Assembly (NCBI GenBank): GCA_963648625.1
Contig: CAVJEZ010000001.1
Location: forward strand, 1 to 43,440
Origin: Odoribacter splanchnicus
GTDB taxonomy: Bacteria > Desulfobacterota > Desulfovibrionia > Desulfovibrionales > Desulfovibrionaceae
Length of the DNA stretch: 43,440 nucleotides
Reading direction: 5' to 3'
The notes beneath the pieces are model-generated. The model was given only the letters and a program-made list of their open reading frames with translations. It was not told the origin of the DNA and did no database searches. Below, one piece after another: positions 38,165 to 43,440 of this stretch. Position 1 is the first letter of the stretch; the number at the start of each line of letters is the position of its first letter. The translations under genes were made by a program, and so were the position numbers.

Positions 38165-38381
38165 TTCTAATGACTATTTTTGCGGGTATTGCAACAAATA
38201 GTCATTAGAAAAAGACTGATAAAAGATGCTGGCCGGAAGAGCAGGGGAGGTACAGGACCTTTGTTGACTGTTTTTGCGAGTATCTCAAGAAAAAGTCAGC
38301 AGACACGGCAAATCCTTTGCAAGATGGGAGACATGGGATCGGGTAGCGCTGTAATCCTGCTGACTGTTTTAGCGGGTATTG
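38165..38381. repeat. Mini-array of palindromic 34-bp repeats with unique 60-62-bp spacers
   Basis: Units at 38171, 38265 (28/34 identical to the first) and 38361 (19/21 over the first 21 nt, then truncated); periods 94 and 96 bp. Confidence 0.8.
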
Positions 38382-38396
38382 GATGTTTGGCACAAT

Positions 38397-38427
38397 AAAA
38401 AAGCCACCCGCACAAAATGCGAGTGGC
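38397..38427 (-). terminator. Terminator of the TRAP operon
   Basis: gccacccgca-caaaa-tgcgagtggc with an A-run on its left (U-tract on the minus strand). Confidence 0.7.
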
Positions 38428-38462
38428 ATAAATGAGGGAAATTCAAGAAGCTGCTTAGTGCT

Positions 38463-39743
38463 CTACATAAGGAAGTTCAGCGGGATGAGTGAAAGTTCCG
38501 GTACGAAGAGCAGCAGGAAGAGCATGAATATCTCAACTATCAGGAATGGCAGAAGCTTCTTCACCAGGTGTGCAAACTTGATTTCGCCAATACCGCAGAC
38601 CACATAGAGAACCGTTCCCACAGGAGGCGTGATAACGCCGATGCCGAGGTTCAGGATGAAGAGCAGGCCGAAGTAGTACGGGTCAATGCCTGCCTGTGTG
38701 ATGAGCGGATAGAAAACAGGGGCGAAAATCAGGATGTTGGGCGTCAGGTCCATCACCATACCCATAAAGAGCATGAAGACCATGATGGCGCAGAGCAGAA
38801 GCTTCGGCGAGTCAATGAGCGGGCTGAAGAACTGCACAACCTGCTGGGGAATCTGGGCAACTGTAATGAAGAAGCCGACAGCAGAGGCTGTTGCCACGAC
38901 AAACATAACCACAGCCGTGGTACGGGCAGCATTGGCGCTGACGCGGATAAGGTCGCGTATGCTCAGCTCGCGGTAGTAGCCCATGCAGACCACGATGGCG
39001 TAAATAGCTGCGAAGGCGCCGCCTTCTGTGGGTGTAAAGATACCGAAGCGGATGCCGCCCAGCAGGAGGACGGGCATCATGAAGGCCGGCGTGGAATCAA
39101 GGATGATGCGGCGAACTTCGGCCTTGGTGAAGGTCATCGTGTCGTTGTAATTGTCTTTGCGGACGATGAAGTACCACATCACCATGAGGGCCAGGCCGAT
39201 AAGGATGCCAGGCGTCAGGCCTATCATGAAGAGTTTTGTGATAGACAGACCGGAAACTGTGGCGCCCAGGATAATAAAGTTTGTGCTGGGCGGAATGATG
39301 GGGCCTAAGATAGCGCCGGATGCGATGACTGCACCGGCACGTCCCTTGTCATAGCCGACCTGCTTCATCATGGGCAGGAGAAGGCCGCCAAGGGCTGCTG
39401 CCTCGCCCACTGAGGATCCCATAAGGCCGGCAAAAATAATGGAGGCAACAATGGCTGCATAGCCCAGGCCGCCGCGGATGTGGCCCACCATGAGCTGTGC
39501 CAGGGCGACAACGCGTTTTGAAAGGCCGCCCACTGCCATGATTTCGCCAGCGAAGACGAAGAAGGGAATGGCCAGCAACGGGTAGTTATTGGCACCATCC
39601 AGCATGGAGTTGGGGATGATCATGGCATCCCACATGCCGGAATGGAACATGAGCACCACTGCGCAGATGGCAAGCACGATTGCCAGGGGGATGCCCAGCA
39701 GCATGAAGAAGAATAATGTTCCCAGGAAGAGTAGTAATTCCAT
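38463..39743 (-). CDS. dctM: TRAP transporter large permease
   Basis: LLAIPFFVFAGEIM, GPIIPPS, GIFTPTE, ITPPVG. Confidence 0.94.
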   Translation of the reverse strand: MELLLFLGTLFFFMLLGIPLAIVLAICAVVLMFHSGMWDAMIIPNSMLDGANNYPLLAIPFFVFAGEIMAVGGLSKRVVALAQLMVGHIRGGLGYAAIVASIIFAGLMGSSVGEAAALGGLLLPMMKQVGYDKGRAGAVIASGAILGPIIPPSTNFIILGATVSGLSITKLFMIGLTPGILIGLALMVMWYFIVRKDNYNDTMTFTKAEVRRIILDSTPAFMMPVLLLGGIRFGIFTPTEGGAFAAIYAIVVCMGYYRELSIRDLIRVSANAARTTAVVMFVVATASAVGFFITVAQIPQQVVQFFSPLIDSPKLLLCAIMVFMLFMGMVMDLTPNILIFAPVFYPLITQAGIDPYYFGLLFILNLGIGVITPPVGTVLYVVCGIGEIKFAHLVKKLLPFLIVEIFMLFLLLFVPELSLIPLNFLM

Positions 39744-39764
39744 AATTTGCTCCTTTAACGCTTC

Positions 39765-40370
39765 CTACAAGTCTTCGTTCTTGAGGAATTCGTTAATACG
39801 CTCTTCCTTTGTCATCTTCGGATGGTACTCTTCGTTAGGCGTGCGAAGAATTACAACGATGTCTCGGATGAAGATTACAATTGCAGCCGCTGCGCAGATG
39901 GGGAGCGAACAGTTGATGAAGACCATGTTGATGTTTGTTGAGACCGAGTAGGTATCAGCGGTCTGCATAACATACATAACGCCGCCGGCAAGCAGCAGCC
40001 CCATGGTCGCCATGGAAATCAGGATGGCAATAATATCGACAGTTTTCCTGGTTGCGCCATGCAGCGCATCCACAAGCATGTCAACGACAATGTGTTTTTT
40101 GTGGTAGAAAGCCTCAATGGCACCAAAGAAGGTCACGTAAATAAACAAAAAGCGTGCCCATTCCTCGCTGGGAGGAAAGCTCGACCTGAAGGCATAACGG
40201 AGAAAGGCATTGTAGGTAACAAGGGCAATCATGCTCAGGAAGATGATGGCGCAGAAGAGTTCAAAAAGAAAACGTCCGCCGTGGGTCTTCTCTTCCTGAG
40301 GCTTGGATTCGGCAATATCCGCTGCCTTGGGAGCATTCAGGGTTTGAGACTGTTGCTGGTTGTTGGCCAT
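39765..40370 (-). CDS. dctQ: TRAP transporter small permease
   Basis: Four TM segments, RY.F, SEEWARFLFIYVTFFGA, HIVVD. Confidence 0.9.
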   Translation of the reverse strand: MANNQQQSQTLNAPKAADIAESKPQEEKTHGGRFLFELFCAIIFLSMIALVTYNAFLRYAFRSSFPPSEEWARFLFIYVTFFGAIEAFYHKKHIVVDMLVDALHGATRKTVDIIAILISMATMGLLLAGGVMYVMQTADTYSVSTNINMVFINCSLPICAAAAIVIFIRDIVVILRTPNEEYHPKMTKEERINEFLKNEDL

Positions 40371-40433
40371 AATATTGGCTCCATACGGACAAAATTTTGT
40401 TTTCAGAAGCCCGGGTCAGCCGGCACTGTTCTG

Positions 40434-40469
40434 AAAAAAGGGGCTGCGGCCAAGACAGCCGCAGCCCCT
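40434..40469 (-). terminator. Intercistronic terminator/stabiliser hairpin after dctP
   Basis: aggggctgcggc / gccgcagcccct 12-bp stem with a U-tract on the minus strand. Confidence 0.7.
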
Positions 40470-40481
40470 GCAAATGACTAA

Positions 40482-41492
40482 CTACTTATAGGCAGCAGCG
40501 CTGTCGAGGATTTCCTTGGCGTTGGGAACGTAGTTCTTGGACTTGGGATCCGTGAACAGGCTCCAGCTGCGCTCACCGGCTTCCTTCATGAACTTGTGAA
40601 GGTCGGGGGTGGGCTCAACAACGCGGCCCTTGTGGGCGATAACTTCCTTGGCGGCCTTGTCATCGTTGGCGATGGCGTTGGCCCAGCACTCTTCAGCGGA
40701 CTGCTTGGCAGCCTGATCAAACCAGGCACGATCCTGGGCGGGCAGGCCCTGGTAGAACTTCTCGTTGATGTACAGGCCGTGGATCACGAGGATGTGACGG
40801 GTGGTCGTAACAACGGGGCACTTTTCGTACATCTTGTCGGCAACGATGTCGCCGAGAGGAGAGTCGCCGCCGTCGATGACGCCCTGGTCAAGAGCGGCAG
40901 GCACTTCGGCGAAAGGCATGGGCTGTCCGGAGATGCCGCATTCCTTGGCGAAGTTGGTGTACAGGGGGATGTTAGGCACGCGCATGCGCAGGCCCTTGAT
41001 GTCGTTGATGCTCTTCACTTCGTTCTTGGTGTAGAAGTTTCTGAAGCCAAGAGGGAAGGCATTGATCATGCGCAGGCCGGACTTTTCGGGGAATCCCTTG
41101 TGGATGAGCTCGAAGGTCTTGCCGTTCATGGCCTTGTGGGCGTGCTCATAGCTGTCGAACAGCATGGGGGTCTCAAGCATGCCCATGGAAGGCTGCAGAG
41201 AAGAAGTCTGGGTGCCGGTGGCACACATCTGGATAACACCTTTGCGGGTGTTGGCAATGTAGGCGTCTTCCTTGCCCAGCATGCTGTTGGGGAAAACCTG
41301 GACCTGGTACTTGCCGTTGGACAGTTTTTCGAGGATTTCGCCAAACCTGTGCATGACGACTGTCTCGGGCACGCCTTCGGGTTTCATACCTGCGATCTTG
41401 ATGACGGTTGCACTCTGTGCAGGTGCAGCGCTCAGGCAGGCTGCGCCGAACATGAAGGCGCAGATAAGCAGTAAGGCATGAATACGTTTCAT
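40482..41492 (-). CDS. dctP: TRAP transporter substrate-binding protein
   Basis: Signal peptide; VFPNSMLG, GFRNF, DIKGLRMRVP (carboxylate-binding Arg), PMPFAEV..ALDQGVIDG. Confidence 0.94.
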   Translation of the reverse strand: MKRIHALLLICAFMFGAACLSAAPAQSATVIKIAGMKPEGVPETVVMHRFGEILEKLSNGKYQVQVFPNSMLGKEDAYIANTRKGVIQMCATGTQTSSLQPSMGMLETPMLFDSYEHAHKAMNGKTFELIHKGFPEKSGLRMINAFPLGFRNFYTKNEVKSINDIKGLRMRVPNIPLYTNFAKECGISGQPMPFAEVPAALDQGVIDGGDSPLGDIVADKMYEKCPVVTTTRHILVIHGLYINEKFYQGLPAQDRAWFDQAAKQSAEECWANAIANDDKAAKEVIAHKGRVVEPTPDLHKFMKEAGERSWSLFTDPKSKNYVPNAKEILDSAAAYK

Positions 41493-42001
41493 CGGGACCT
41501 CCCTAAAGATTACCGAAGCCCCCTGTTTTTGCTAAGCTGTTCTGTTTTCGCAGGGGAAAGAAAACAGAGCCGGTTAGGATGCCAACTTGTATGCTCAAAA
41601 GACAGTCTGATCTGCAGAGCATACTTGTTTACATTGGTATATCTATACTCGGAAAAGGCACAATGGTCTACACTCTGGCGGATATTTATTACTTGGACCG
41701 TATGCTTTGCTGCCGGTACTTTTTTTTTGATGCGAGGTGCGGCCTGTGCCTGGACAAAGGCCTGAGAAAAGGCCTGCCCGAAGCCTGTGCTGCAGCATCA
41801 GCGCAGTGCCTGGCTGAAGGCGCACATAAGTCTGCGCTATCCCTTCCGGCACTTTCCTGGCCTGGATTTCCTATTATGGCCTTTCTTGAAGCCCGGGCTG
41901 GATGGTGCTAAGCAAACGCTCACAGCAATGCCGCAAATCCGTGCCGGCGGCCTGCCTTGTCTTACGGCAGACAACTGCCAAGCCATCGTGAAGGAGTTTT
42001 C

Positions 42002-42922
42002 ATGCCCGAACTGCCTGAAGTAGAAACCGTAGTCCGCACCCTCAGGCCCCATATACAGGGCAGGGCCATACTGTCTGTGCAAAGCTTCGGAACATCCTGC
42101 CTGGCAGCGGACAGCAGGCAGCCTGATGTTTTGTGCGGGGCTTTTGTCACAGAAGTCACCAGGCGCGGCAAGTACATAGTCATCCGGCTTGAGAAAGGCG
42201 GTGAAAAGCTCTTTCTTGTGGTGCACCTGCGCATGACAGGCAGGCTTATGGCATATGAGAGGCCGTCTTCTGACCAGTCTGAGGAATCGTCCGCAGTGTC
42301 GTCCGGTGTCGCGCCTGCCTGGCCGCAAAGCCTTCTCGACAAGCACGCAAGGGCCCTTTTCTTGCTCGGCAGCTCTCATGATGCGCATGAGCCCGGCATT
42401 CCTTCCTGTGCCCTTGTTTTTCATGATGTACGCAAGTTCGGGCGCCTTTTTATCGGCACGGAAGAAGACCTTTGCAGGTGGCCTTCCTGGAAAAAGCTCG
42501 GGCCTGAGCCCCTTGAAATGGGAGAAGACGCCTTTGTGCAGGCCATGAAGGGGAAAAGGGCCATCAAAAAGGTATTGCTTGACCAGACGCGGCTTGCAGG
42601 TGTTGGCAATATCTATGCTGACGAGTCGCTTTTTGCAGCCTGTATCCATCCTTTAAGCAATGCCGGCAGTGTGCCGGAGGAAAAGCTGCGTCTTTTGTAC
42701 AGGGAGCTTTGTCGCATCCTCCTGCTTTCTATTGAGGAATGCGGCAGTTCCATCCGCGACTACCAGGATGCTGACGGCAACGTCGGGGCTTTTCAGAATT
42801 ACTTTGCTGTGTACGGCAGAAAGGGCGAGCCTTGCAAAAAATGCGGCAGGCCGCTTGAAAGGACAGAGGTAGGAGGACGCGGCACTGTTTTCTGCGGGTA
42901 CTGCCAGCAGCTGTTTGACTAA
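42002..42922 (+). CDS. mutM: Formamidopyrimidine-DNA glycosylase
   Basis: MPELPEVE, RRGKY, HLRMTG, DVRKFG, LLDQ..LAGVGNIYADE, C-terminal zinc finger. Confidence 0.96.
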   Translation: MPELPEVETVVRTLRPHIQGRAILSVQSFGTSCLAADSRQPDVLCGAFVTEVTRRGKYIVIRLEKGGEKLFLVVHLRMTGRLMAYERPSSDQSEESSAVSSGVAPAWPQSLLDKHARALFLLGSSHDAHEPGIPSCALVFHDVRKFGRLFIGTEEDLCRWPSWKKLGPEPLEMGEDAFVQAMKGKRAIKKVLLDQTRLAGVGNIYADESLFAACIHPLSNAGSVPEEKLRLLYRELCRILLLSIEECGSSIRDYQDADGNVGAFQNYFAVYGRKGEPCKKCGRPLERTEVGGRGTVFCGYCQQLFD

Positions 42923-42999
42923 AAATGCGAAAACTCTGTTACAGGATTCCCTGCTATCTGTTTGTTTTTACGCACAATAAAAAAGAGATATCAATTTTG

Positions 43000-43029
43000 T
43001 TGACAAAATTAAAAGGAATAGTTACTGAT
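43000..43029 (+). promoter_or_regulatory. Promoter (-35 TTGACA) with a probable PerR box
   Basis: TTGACA at 43000-43005; AAAAGGAATAGTTACTGAT (43011-43029), an imperfect AGTAA-N3-TTACT palindrome. Confidence 0.55.
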
Positions 43030-43063
43030 TAGATAACAATTGGATAGCGGAGAGGTATACTTT

Positions 43064-43440
43064 ATGCAGACACAACAGCATCAGACACGCATGACCCGCC
43101 AGCGTGCCGTCATTCTGGAAGAACTGCGCAAGCTGACCACACATCCCACTGCTGATGAATTGTATCAGATTGTGCGTACAAGAATACCCCGTATCAGTCT
43201 GGGAACTGTGTATCGCAATTTGTGTTTCCTTTCGGACGCAGGAACAATACTCGAACTTGAGACTCCGGGAAATGTGAAGCGCTTTGACGGCAATGTTAAT
43301 CCCCACCAGCATATTCGCTGTGTTTCATGCGGCAGGGTTGCCGATGTCCCTGGGGAAGTACAGCTTCCGGACGTGCAGTCTATGCGCGTGGCCGGCTTTT
43401 CCGAAGTGCTGAGCAGCCGTATTGAGTACGACGGCATCTG
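43064..43440 (+). CDS. perR: Fur-family regulator, PerR-like (partial; runs off the window and is missing from the ORF track)
   Basis: MQTQQHQTRMTRQRAVILEELRKLTTHPTADELY...ISLGTVYRNL...RFDGNVNPHQHIRCVSCG; GGAG/GAGG RBS. Confidence 0.85.
   Translation, partial: MQTQQHQTRMTRQRAVILEELRKLTTHPTADELYQIVRTRIPRISLGTVYRNLCFLSDAGTILELETPGNVKRFDGNVNPHQHIRCVSCGRVADVPGEVQLPDVQSMRVAGFSEVLSSRIEYDGI

Larger units (their letters stand above)
32400..38385. other. AT-rich accessory islet with no integrase
   Basis: Line 34501-34560 is 20/60 GC versus 38/60 for gatA line 961-1020; boundaries approximate. Confidence 0.75.

Noticed and set aside
38165..38381. Canonical CRISPR array
   Set aside because: Only about 2.5 divergent repeats, 60-62-bp spacers and no cas genes; reported as an unexplained repeat array instead
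40596..41474. 292-aa plus-strand ORF (likewise 38568-39308 and 37465-38208)
   Set aside because: Antisense shadows of dctP, dctM and the COG1373 gene
41568..41584. Sigma-54 promoter for dctP (TGGCATCCTAACCGGC)
   Set aside because: GG-GC spacing is 11, not 10, and there is no TTGC

Overview
Chromosomal segment of a GC-rich anaerobic bacterium. Gene content and protein style point to Desulfovibrionaceae (inference). Most of it is housekeeping: gatCA, cstA, recR-ybaB-dnaX, ilvE, MATE, hydantoinase/oxoprolinase, trmL, DMT, ribBA, lplA-gcvT-H-PA-PB, amtB-PII, HAD-IIA, a fused glpAB plus glpC, a TRAP transporter, mutM and a partial perR. Two accessory islets stand out. (1) ~4.35-6.56 kb: a decayed RelB/RelE pair and a COG1373-type (AAA_14+DUF4143) ATPase, bracketed by two near-identical 32-bp palindromic terminators. 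(2) ~32.4-38.4 kb: an AT-rich islet with a three-gene cluster I cannot assign to a known system (glycine-zipper protein, unknown protein, Ycf46-like AAA+ ATPase) and a second COG1373 ATPase. Upstream of that ATPase is a mini-array of 34-bp palindromic repeats with unique 60-62-bp spacers. The first COG1373 gene has a different upstream palindrome with weaker copies at ~96-104-bp spacing. No tRNA, rRNA, cas genes, integrase or transposase were seen. All family assignments come from recognising motifs by eye; no searches were run.
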